DNA of 64,000 nucleotides from Hyphochytrium catenoides (taxonomy: Eukaryota; Protista; Hyphochytriomycota), in assembly GCA_900088475.1 (NCBI GenBank), contig FLMG01000547.1, positions 10,530 through 74,529 on the forward strand. Direction: 5' to 3'. Within the stretch, counting starts at the first letter, position 1. The number at the start of each line of letters is the position of its first letter. The notes beneath the pieces are model-generated. The model was not told the origin of the DNA and searched no databases. It saw nothing but the letters and a program-made list of their open reading frames with translations. Below are positions 11,201 to 20,800 of the stretch, piece by piece. Position numbers and translations under genes: made by a program.

Positions 11201-11588
11201 GGTCATCGGGGGCATTCCATTGTGTGACAAGTACGTGCCAGACTATGAGACGGAATACATTGATACGCAGTGTGTTGGCGATATTATGCTGATCGGTGAC
11301 ATTGCCGCGGTCGAGCAATCAAAATTGTCCTATCTTCGAGAGTGCCGTAGAAGGTTGGAGTCTACCATCGTTTCGAACGTTGACGAAAGTCCTCAAGAGA
11401 AGCAGCAGGAAGCTTCAGACGCAGCTGCGCTTACGTTTGGTAAGTCAGTTTGTCCCGGTAATTGTGGTGGAACAGAACGCGGCATATGTCTGCCCGCGGG
11501 CTGCAGTTGCAAGGGCTTCTTTACAGGGTACAAGTGCGATCAAGACCTTCGCCAGTTAGTATCTGCTGCTGCCGCTGCTGCTGCATAG
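8208..11588 (+). CDS. Secreted mucin-like protein: signal peptide, Thr/Ala/Pro repeats, CBM-like domain, VWD (GDPH), Cys-rich C8-like region, EGF-like C-terminus (intronless)
   Basis: Single ORF with ATG at 8208. Signal-like MASTWSTIAAFFFCFALIITHEVEA; (TTTAPV)n tract; NLVRNPTFD...IDVDNLRLY jelly-roll-like motif; GAGDPHLKSLDGVNFDFQ and GLLGNWNGNPHDD (VWD motifs); CPGNCGG...GICLPAGCSCKGFFTGYKC (EGF-like). Confidence 0.88.
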   Translation: MASTWSTIAAFFFCFALIITHEVEAIRAGRLSMMAVRSKATRPAPTTAPCTKVPVTTKAPVTTTAPVKPTPYSATTAPVPTTAPVKMTSYVTTTAPVTTTAPVTTTAPATTTAPVTTTTPATDTAPVTPTSTASVITTAPMTTTAPIATTNSEIPTAPETTTAPVTTTAAATTTAPQTSKTPLAATDALTTIPPLTATEPVTTTASVTTIAPVTTTNTAVTAGPTSTATTTTAPCSTKAPITTIAPVTTTAPATTTAPVTTTASQSTTESLATAAPLITTAPVTTTNPEANTLSHTTTDYQSTTDPLTTAAPVTTAAPVTTTNPEANTPSQTTTDSQSTTDPLTTTAPVTTAAPVTTTSPEVTTAPQTTTTSQSITDPQTTAAPVTTAAPVTTTGPVTTRAPVITEPPLTPIVPSPVVTNLVRNPTFDSTDYWWIHGLGYRLSKDKSGNKFASIAVPPSEAKRGDDFGLFTTITLSNEEKVELMGDPAASTFTVGGYFRTELLRVPQAAFAGIQVDVLWSNQTRTYGLTRNIPSGTCLNWNYFSIVVPADGVAPSTIYIWVYLRGGASGIIDVDNLRLYKGSVSSNPQMAPPRAGPRLERMSINVGDSPPVCPDDALQMEFLKGANVVPDGQVVDVKVSLGSSAPKDRRIRVHLQTTNGLMLSERLLTFNGQDDKDSYVIKLRSLSGPISKDREGMIMTNSSIIKGDCLSSAVPYCTEQVSVTRLLSGTSTGGGAGDPHLKSLDGVNFDFQVPGFFRLVESKGLQVHVYQEKCGPIQRVGLAKAPSCFQGVAIKYGPSVVRLMLNATGHLLLSTGSTQSEALSVEKVNGAAQAYRVFVQSDQSTYIDVSTGAWLVHKYQLINVAVQLSPHFRDSSLTGLLGNWNGNPHDDIRNSTILASLHTVQDSLFTCIDGCTDVISTDQLSEDEESFFFAEDVPLLHKGYTKVTGLPMMPLFPVERNYGATPAPRSLRGLAAESNGEGQTPTKVDWEAAREVCTLVIGGIPLCDKYVPDYETEYIDTQCVGDIMLIGDIAAVEQSKLSYLRECRRRLESTIVSNVDESPQEKQQEASDAAALTFGKSVCPGNCGGTERGICLPAGCSCKGFFTGYKCDQDLRQLVSAAAAAAA
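8340..9420 (+). repeat. Coding tandem repeat: 18-bp unit (TTTAPV) with a 108-bp higher-order unit
   Basis: Variants of acc act aca gct ccc gtg repeat throughout. ccaatccagaggcaaacacac recurs 108 bp apart (near 9064 and 9172), giving about three 36-aa units. Confidence 0.9.
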
Positions 11589-12081
11589 TAGCTCCTCGAC
11601 TTGAACGCGATCCAGCACTGCGCGTGAATTTAGAGATTAGCAGTATGTTCTCGCTATCGCAAAGGAAGGTTGCACATTATAAATGTTAATCTGAAACTTG
11701 TTGCCAGTTTGTCACCATAAGGGCTTGGAGCTTGATATAGGCAAAGAAACGGTTGACGCCTAGGTGCGGCTGCTGAAGATGACTGTCTGATTCTTTCTAC
11801 TCCATTGTGACGAAGAGTAGCGGGATCCACCTACTCAATATTCAGGGACGGACATATTTCTTGCAAGGCCAGATGTAGCTATGGCCTTCATTTCTGTTCA
11901 TAAGATGATTGCAGCGACTGAGTGAAAGGTCCATTTAACACGCGATTGAGGGTGAGTCTTGCACTCGGCTCTGCTGAAGTTGCTTGGACCCTGCTGCTCC
12001 GGCAGGGATACAGTCATTCTATTATCGTTATCTCTGTGCTATATCAGACGCACATGCCTTTCATTGGTGTGGACAGTCACT

Positions 12082-14078
12082 CTAGTCGCTGCAGTTCGGC
12101 AGCGGTTCCTTTAAGTCTTGAAGAAAGTATGGGAGGAGGTTTACATCATTCCACTCTGTTAGCAGATATGTATACCTAGCTCCCTCGCTCACGTCAGTTT
12201 CCCTCAGGAAGGCTGGGAGATATCTAGATTTGGGATCCCTCTGCAAGTAACGTTCCCGCGCCAAGTATAAAGAGAGTAAAACCTCCTCGACAGTTCCTAC
12301 GCACTCGAAGGGCTTCGTACTTGTTGCACCCCTGCCCATGAGCTGAAGAAACACGGGGAACAGTGACCGTTCCTCGTAGAGGTTATCTCCCACAATGGCC
12401 CAGACCTCCGGCGGGTCTAGCCAGGCCGATAAGAGAAGGAAGACAAAGGCACATTTCGCACATTTCGCGCACCAGCGAGATGACTCAGTGTCGTTGCAGC
12501 TTAGGAAGAGGGGTAATAGTGAAGGACAAAGTCTGCAAAACCGCTCTGCTATCTGCACCTCATGCCATTGCTGCAAAGCTGAAGCGTAGTGCACGGTAGG
12601 ACTAAGATACCTCTTGATATAGTTGTGCAACTGCTCCTCGAAGCTCCATGATTTGTCGTACTGATGGTTGACGGCGATGCCATCGTGCCAGATGTTGTTT
12701 CCTTCGTTTGCGCTTCTTTCATTCCCCACAAGAATGTAGTCGTAGCCATATAGAAGTGCCGCCAATACACTGTCCATGGCTACGAGGGCCGCCCAAGGAT
12801 GCCCACATGCCACTAGTCGAAAGTTACCGACAGCATCCTCCCACTCTTGAGCAAAGAAATCGTGCTCAAATACTATCGCACCTGGCTCAAGGGAAGACAC
12901 TCCCGCTTTGCCTGCGCTTTTCCCATTGTGGCCTGAAACCGTGGAGAACTCTCGTACGATTGCCTGTAGTCTCCAATCGTCTTCGAAGCCCTGTGGCCGA
13001 GGTTTGTCTCCAACGTAGATCCAGTCAAATGGTATGTCTCGCTCCTTTAAGAGCGATGCCACTGTTAAAGAGTCTTTCCCCCCTCCCCTAAACGAAGAAG
13101 AGAGAGACGAGGCAGCCTTCATTAGTCCATGTAGTCCCGTTTGTTACAGTTTCCTTTCGCGTGGCCCGTACTTACAGAGGGACTAGCACGCGTAAATTTC
13201 CAGGGCATGACCCTGAAGGACTATATCTGGAGAGGACCGGTATAGGGCCGCTTGTAAGACCTGTTGCATTACGCCGATCACCATCTACCACTTCGAGGAC
13301 AATCACTGATAACGGTAGTCCGTTGACATAAAGATACTCCGCAAGAACATGCTGGTATGTCCTCAACCAAAATTGAACCTACAAGACGTTACAAGGGTCA
13401 AAGGCAAGGAGTAAGTAAAGTGTGCAGAAAGCCTGCCACGGAGTTAGACATCTTTCAGCAGAAAGTTAGCAGAGCGAAGGAGCTGCAAGAAGGAGCTCAG
13501 TGTCGACCACTTACCTGATCAACATCAAGCTGTCCAGCACTAATCCTTATCTTAGTGCTTGCCAAAGGCATCCAATACCAGGGCAGAATGCAAAGACCAA
13601 TATTGAATAAAGTGGCTTCCATAAACGCCTTCTTCTCTGCCGATTGCGAAGAGTGAAAGGCTGCTTCAATCTTTTCTGGCGCCCTCCATGACAGAGAACT
13701 CCGCCATCTCACGCTAACCCGGTTGCCTTTTCCTTTGGTCGCGGAGCAGATATTACCAGAGAAGTAGAAGTGACATCGCTGTGCTTCCCAGTCAACCTCA
13801 TATCTATCGTATGTGAACAGATCGGAGTGGCTCTCTTCGCTTTCGGCACTTTGTTCATGCTTTTTCGTTGTGGACTTCTTCACAGTGCTAACTCTTCTAC
13901 TCTCTTCACCAGTACTCATAGGGTGTACTTGCTTATCTTCAGAACCTGCCAACAGCTCACAAAGTCCAAAGGAAAAGCTAGAGGTAGTAAAATCTTCTTC
14001 TCTTATGTCGTCACCCTCTGTAGACGTATCATGCGTAGAGGTGTTGTTCGCCATTTGGGGCGACCGAGTCTTTCTCAT
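12082..14078 (-). CDS. MurL-like ATP-dependent (PP-loop) UDP-MurNAc-L-Ala-L-Glu epimerase homologue, 3 exons (14078-13515, 13378-13176, 13087-12082)
   Basis: The spliced product shows MurL-family motifs in order: FWLRTYQHVLAEYLYVNGL, VLVPLGGGKDSL (formed across intron 2), GHP, GNERSANEGN, VNHQYDKS, SCN, WCAKCAKCAF, KPFECVG. Both introns are GT-AG and keep the frame. Confidence 0.8.
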
Positions 14079-14948
14079 AAGATGCTCGACTCCCTTTGCA
14101 AATCATGCCAATGACATCGCATCAAACCCTTAAAAAGATTGAGCTTCTCTTCTATGCCCCCTCGCTGCTCGTGCCGAGAAAGCTGTCCAAGCGTCTCATA
14201 CCCCATGCGTTGCAGACAGTCGCTAGCCTGTAGCAGATGCCGATGAGGCCGTGGCTGACAGGACCGGCAAGCTCTGCCTTCTTGCGCTTCACACTTGTCA
14301 AAGACAAGACAAAGAAGGCCGAGTTGGAAATCTTCAAGCTCCTAGAGCTCGTCCAGTCAGGTGATGGCCATCGTGGACTGATGAAGACACGAAGATCAAA
14401 GCTGGTGAGCTCATTCATCAACAACTCAAGAAAGAATGAGGGATCAGAACTCAAGCCGTACAACTCCGCATCACACGAACAGCCACAGACAGCGACAGCG
14501 CACATCGATTAACGGATTAGCGCAAAGCAGTTATCGAATTATTGTGATCAAACACAAATCACTGATTCATTTTGAGACCGCTAACGTCCTAATTGTGAAA
14601 CTCCCCTCTTCGGTCTTCTCTCTTCATTAGCACATCGTCCAAAGTAAGCGCTGCTACTCTAATAAGGGATCGGCTTTCAGAGCTGGACCGAGTAGAGTGG
14701 AGAGGCTAAAGAGCAGCGGCGGCGCCGCCGTCAAGGGGCGGGGCAGCAAAAGGAAATGACCACCGCCGCAACAGAACAGAAGCTATATACCTACTGTTAT
14801 CCAGCAGTTTGCCTCAGATTTCCACTTTATCCGCCTGCGTTGGCTACCGCGCAGTACCCTTGTTGAGTGCTATTCTAGAGCATCTGCGCCAGACTTCCAG
14901 AACAGTCTCGAAAACGTAATCCCAGCGGGGTAGAGCCAACTGGAAGCT

Positions 14949-15885
14949 ATGTCGGGCCAGATCGAGAGCATCTATAATCTCATCCCTCGCGAGGAGGTTA
15001 AGCCCCCCAAGCCCCCAATGTATAGAAGCAAACATAACCCAGCAAAGCCAGTTACTGGGTCAACTTTCGGCTGCACGGGTTCAACCAGAATTATTGGGGC
15101 AGGTAGTGGTGACCAGATTAGCAAAGGCAAAGTGAAGCATAAGCTTCAGGAACAGAGTGAGGAAAAGACAGGTAAGTCACCTCGTGTCCCTGTCGAAATC
15201 TCCCAAGTTCAACACACTCTCATGGCCAGCTTCGAGCGCAGTCAAGCAAGCCTTACCGCGGAAGCCCTCCGTACCCAAGAAGGATGACGCTCCAGTCATG
15301 GGCCTCAAGACAAATAAGAACTTTGTTCTAGCAAACGCTGTGGAGACCATATTGACAGGTGAATTATCTAAGGACTAGTTAGATGGTTACTCGCCCTCAC
15401 GTTCGCCTGACGTGACCGTATTCTAGAGCCAAAAGATGTGTCTCGAAAAGAGGTCGACTGGACAAAGAAGTCTGACTATGGCAAAGTTCCCGCGTACATG
15501 GGAAAAGTGAAAGAGGAAATAAGGAGGGAGAATGAGATGATTGACGCATTTGTAAAGGCACAGTTAGGAGAGGAAGAGCAGGTTCAAGAAAGCGGGAAAC
15601 AGATGAGTGAGGAGGAACGCCACGAGTTGATCAAAGCATTGAAGGCCAAGTGGGATGAAAGGAACGCACAATACCAAAAGATCTGTCACCAGACACAGCT
15701 AGATACACACGGCAAGAAGCTTCGGTAAGCTATCTTTCCACATGTAGGAACGCCCCATGGACGTTGGACTGATTCGAAAGCCCCTTCTCTCCCCCAGCAA
15801 ACAGAACTTAGAGGCGGAATTGGACCAGTTGGAAGCAGACATCAAGCTCTTGGAAGCCTCTTCCGCTGTCGTCGTAAAGCCCTAA
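14949..15885 (+). CDS. ENKUR: Enkurin-domain (calmodulin-binding, flagellar) protein, ~4 exons
   Basis: ESIYNLIP...KPPMYRSKH, PVMGLKTNKNFVLANAVETIL, KKSDYGKVPAYM and MSEEERHELIKALKAKWD...LEAELDQLEADIKLL are enkurin motifs. GT-AG introns begin near 15172, 15359 and 15725. Confidence 0.85.
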
Positions 15886-16221
15886 CACGACGCCCTTGAA
15901 GGAAGAGCAAGTTGTCGATCATATGTAATGTAGATTCTCAGTTCATGCCACTGCGCCCTGACAACAAGATGTATGCTACTGTTGAGGCGAAGCTTGAAGG
16001 ATGTGAAGGTCATCGGGGGTTCTTATGTCCAATGAGCTAGAGAACGAAAATCTCCAGAAGCGTCACAAATGTATCCATTATCGCTTCGAGTCTGGAAGGA
16101 TAGCGGAGGATCCGCTTCCTTCTTCATCATCATTGCTTCTACAATATACAGCAGAAATGAAGTAGAAGACAATGCTACAGGCGTAAGATTCCCCCGAATT
16201 GCCTCAGTCAGCTGAGCATGA

Positions 16222-16814
16222 CTACTTCTCGCTGGCTTCCTCGAAGTTCTCAACAAGGTCTGGAACTTCGTCGTCATCAGCCTCTTCCAAGTTGCTTCCG
16301 GTCGCGTTCATGTTCTCTGCAACTTTCCTAAGGGCGTTGAGACTGTCACTGCCAAGCTGGCTCAGAATGCCAGGCAGCATCTCTTGGAGGGCTGGTTAGA
16401 TAGAAAAAGGGATTAGAAAGCTTCAACACGCCGTTCGGAGCGTAACGACTTACTCTTTTCCTCTGGGTTTCCGCTTACGACGTAAGTGTTTGAAGGGATT
16501 GACGCCTGCACTCTTGGGTTGTTGAAGTGGATAATGGTGCCATCACTCTTGAAAAGATTTACTTCCTCAATGGCAGGGATGTTAGTCACTCCCAGCTTCT
16601 TGAGAGTGGCCCCAAGCTTCTTATCATCAGTGGTAGCAGACTTGTGCACAGCCTTCTTCTTTCTACGCACTGAACCCTTGCCTCCAGTCCTAACCTGCGC
16701 ATTATATGAGCTAGGACGCCAAGTCTTTCATAGCATCGACTCGTTCCATCTTACATTGGCGGCAGCAAACCTTGCCGCGAGCTTCTCACGAGCAGCCTGG
16801 ATGTCGTCTGCCAT
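16222..16814 (-). CDS. BTF3: Nascent polypeptide-associated complex beta subunit (BTF3), 3 coding exons
   Basis: [12 protein letters not shown]...[18 protein letters not shown]...DDKKL...[11 protein letters not shown]...[20 protein letters not shown]...LPGILSQLG...[15 protein letters not shown] probable 5' UTR intron spans about 17099..16816. Confidence 0.95.
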
Positions 16815-17007
16815 TCTGTACAAAATGTAGAGAGAAGGGTAAAATGTTAGAGCAATTGATGCGCTCCCTCAAAAGGCCTGATCAACCTATAAAACTGAAT
16901 CGTAGAGCTGAAAGGGACATTTGAAGATGAAGACTGAAAGGTGTCATGAGTTATCATAAACGTCCTGCTGCTAGATGATATGCCATAGAAAAGCGTGCAA
17001 TCACCTA

Positions 17008-17083
17008 TTCAGTTCAATACAGCGGATGTAAAAAGGGAACCCGCAGTTCAGTTCAATACAGCGGATGTAAAAAGAGAACCCGC
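17008..17083. repeat. 37-bp near-perfect tandem duplication (period 39)
   Basis: ttcagttcaatacagcggatgtaaaaag(g/a)gaacccgc at 17008-17044 and 17047-17083, one mismatch. Confidence 0.9.
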
Positions 17084-17873
17084 TTATGTCACCACTTACT
17101 TGCTGAGGATTATTCGGTGAGAATCTTTCCGGGATCTGCCGTCAAGTCTCCATTTATCGGCAGACTTTCAGAGCTTCATTGGCCCCTGCGCCATCAGAGT
17201 TCTGACCGCCGCAAGCCCTACACCACTCAACGTATTACTATGCCAAACCTTGGCCAATACTGTTGCTATGCCTCAATCTAACTTGGGGCGACAGTGCCCA
17301 AGCACCATTATCACGGCTCATCGTGGATTATTACTACCTAAGGGGAACTCCCAACAACCAAGCAATCTCCGGACTATTGGATTCATAATATTCATGTAAT
17401 ATATCACTGATACACGCCTACTCTTAGGTTCATATCCGTAATAATATTTGATGAAGGTGTTACTGCAAGAAAGTACATCCTGGACATCAGAATTGGAGTT
17501 TCTTTTTGAGCTCTTTCAGCTGTATAGACCTCGTAGTTATTATCTGTCTTTATTATGGGCGCTCTGGGAAGTAGAAGCTGCTGTCGAACTTCTGCGCTTC
17601 AGAAGAGATTTATCGACTTATCAGTAGAAATCAAGAGCATAAGTAGAGTCTGGGACAGCAGGTTACAAAGAAATAAAGTAAGGTTTGAGCTTTTACTTCT
17701 CTGAGCTTAAGATGGGTGACATCTTCTTAGGTAGACTCTGGATGAGAAGGGAGGTTGACACGATAAAAGGACGATTATGTGCGGTGGAAGAGAGAGCGAG
17801 ATATGTATGGCACCACGCTTGTTCGCATTGCGCCCGGTGCCCTACCCTACACCTTCTGCTTACCAGTGCGATC

Positions 17874-20800
17874 CTACTTCATCATTTGCCGCAAAGTCTC
17901 AACGAAGCTGTCACGCTGGTCTAGCTCGTAGGTCACCACCTTTGGTCCGTCAGCTGGTGCTTCTCCATCAGCCTTGCTTGATGCTGATTGAGAAGACGCT
18001 TCCCCAGTACGGCTGTAGTACAATGAGATCAACTTCGTGTTCTTCTTCTTGAAGGTCATTCGCTCAATCTCCGCCAGCTTGTGGATGGACTTGACCTGGC
18101 GCTTTCCTCCTTCATAGGGTGCCAACACAACCAAGTGCGAGGCTGTCAGCAATAAGATCCTAGGCACTGTGTTCTTAGAAGCAGAGCCTACATCAGGAAA
18201 GAGAAGGGTTAAAAAGCGCACAGCTCAGCCTTTCCTTGAGGAAGAAGCTCTGACTTACCTGCCCCGTCTTTGATCTTCTCGCAAGGGAAGAGATGGTTTG
18301 CACCCAACAGCGTAGAAAGAGCCTGATCAGGGTAAATTGAGCCCTTTCGTAGCTCTTCGACAGACGTCACGGATGGAATGGCCGGCTTAGAAGATGTCGG
18401 CACGGGCATCGGAATGGGTTCGTCCTGAGCCGCATCGTCCTCATCCGCAATGGAGAATAGACAGGTCTCTTCCACATTCAGATTCTTAGTGCTTTGCGCG
18501 GGTGAAGGTGCTGGGTTTCCGCTGGATGCTGTCAAGGGTTGGGTGGAGGCTTTCTGAATAGTTGCATCGCCCTTGTTTGGCAAACCTTCAGCGGTCACTG
18601 ATGTTCCAACAGCGTGGCTCGCCACTATAGTTGATTGAATGGGAGCCGTGCGGTCCGCCGAAGATGAAGTTTGCTCTGACTTTTTAAGGCCCGCGGCGGG
18701 AGACGGGACATCAGTCAATGGCAAAGATTGCGTCATATGCGCAGAGGAGGGTGCAAACAATTTTAATCCCGTCCCTAGCTTGCTTGAGGAGGATGCTGGG
18801 GCGGCGAGCGTGTCAGCGTTCTTTGGACGTAAGTCTGGTGCAGTCGTGCCAGTGGCCGCATTTGTAGCCTTGTTAGTGGTGCCTCCTGCAGATGACGCTT
18901 CTTGTGGCACTGTTGCTCTGAGCTTAGTGATACCACTCTTCAAGCCCCCAATAAGTCCTCCGGCACTTTCGCTTGCCGATTGTGGGAGCACGTCTTGTCT
19001 ATGGCTTGTCACCGCTGTTCCACCTGCAGGAAGAGTGAAGATGCTACTTATACTTCCAAAGCGTGCACTTCTACTAGAGAGAGGGGCTCCGGCCGTGCTT
19101 TCTTTTAGCTCAGGTGGTGGTCCGTGAGCTGTTGCAGACGATTGATTGCCAGGATCCTCGCTATTCTTGTGCCCTGCGTCTAACGAGGTGTGAAAGAGAG
19201 ATAGACTGTTTTTCAAGTTAAGACTCAACATACGTGAGGAGGAGCCCACCGCTGCGATTGTCTGGCCTTCATCACGCTTCAGGCCGAACCAGTTCTTCAT
19301 TGCGTTGAGATCCATGTTCACATTTATGTTGAGCTGCGCTTCCCCAATTGGTCCCTCTCCACCTGTACCGGCGGTGACCCATTTTCTGCATGCAATAGAT
19401 ACCATTTAGCTGGCAATGTCGACTCTGTCTCTAAGTTGGACATACCTGAGTCCGGCAGCCAAAGGGGACTCACCATCTGTGGATACCGCGGGTCGCTCAC
19501 ATACCTCCACATTGCGCAGCTCTCGAACAGCAGAGATGTCAACGGCGTTACATGCGTCATACCCGCCCTGACCGTACGAAGGATAAGGGTGCAGATCAGT
19601 TTAGCTGGCCTGTCACATCTTCGATGATGGAACCTTACATCTATGATGCTGACATAAGGAAAACCTCTCTTAATGAGCATGAGAGCAACGTGATTAAGAA
19701 TCTCAGCGTCCTGGATGGCAGTTTCCAGAGCATCACGCTTTCTCCGTCCTTTTTGCATCTTGTAGCCATAGTCACCTTGGCCCAAGAGGCAGATGTGCAC
19801 CTGAGACTTTAGTGGCTCCACGGCCTACGGCAGTCAAGTGAGACGCAAGTCGGCATTATTCACGGGGGGGTCCAATGGAAGCTCACCGCAAAAAGCTTCT
19901 TTTCCACCTGCTCGGAATCCACCATGCTCTCAGGGTCGATATGATACGCCGTAGGGAAGGCACCTCTGGCGACCCTCTCAGCTGGACGGCAGTCTAGCGC
20001 GTAGTATCTGATTGTGGACTGAAAATGGAGAAGAAGGACGTTGATCAATCTTCTTGCTCAGAAAAGGCCGAGACAGCTCAAGGAAGGGGAAGAAGTGGAA
20101 CTCGTCCTACCTCCTTCCGAATAGCTGGTCCTTTGATCTTCAGAATGCTAGTCATCGCCTCCAACGGGCTGACCTAGTAGAAGACGCAGGTAGTCGGAGG
20201 TTGTTAGGGGATGCAATTGGGCTCTGGTGTCCAAATCGTCGTGCAAGTAAGATCAACCTGAAGAACGTAGCTGCTAAGTCGATGCTCGTTTTGGATGATA
20301 TACTGCTCATCTGCAGGGTCCGGTGCGTCCATCTCCAAGGTCGCTTTGGCTGCCACCTCAGTCATCTGCTTCAGCTTTTGCGTAGCTTTGAGACTTGCTC
20401 CTTGAAGTCCAGACCTCAGAGCACTCATCATTCTCCCACTATTAGGAGCGAGCTGTTGGCCAGCGATAGGCTCGCCTGCCGCTGAGCCTGTTGAGTGTAC
20501 GCTACTGGTTTCCAGGGCGTCCATACGTCCCTCAGACGCATCTACTGCTGGTTTAGGGGGCTCTGTTGCTTGTGGTACTTAAAGGTAGGGCACTAAGAAG
20601 CCACGATTGGGATTGACACAGCGACGGAGCTATTCTTACCTTTCTTTGACTGCGCTCTGTTCAAAGAGTTCAAGTCAGCCTTTCTGATTTGCTGCAAAAA
20701 ATGCGTTGGGGTGCTTCCATAGAGGGCCTCTGCCTGCTTGCCCACGGCTTTGACAGACATGGACTCTACTAAGTACTTGCCTTTGCAGATGTCGTGCAGC

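Noticed and set aside
14152-14630. Short ORFs between the MurL-like and enkurin genes
   Set aside because: No recognisable domain, an in-frame stop just upstream, and location in a divergent promoter region.
17008-17083. CRISPR-like 37-bp repeat
   Set aside because: Only two copies with a 2-nt spacer, eukaryotic context and no cas genes.
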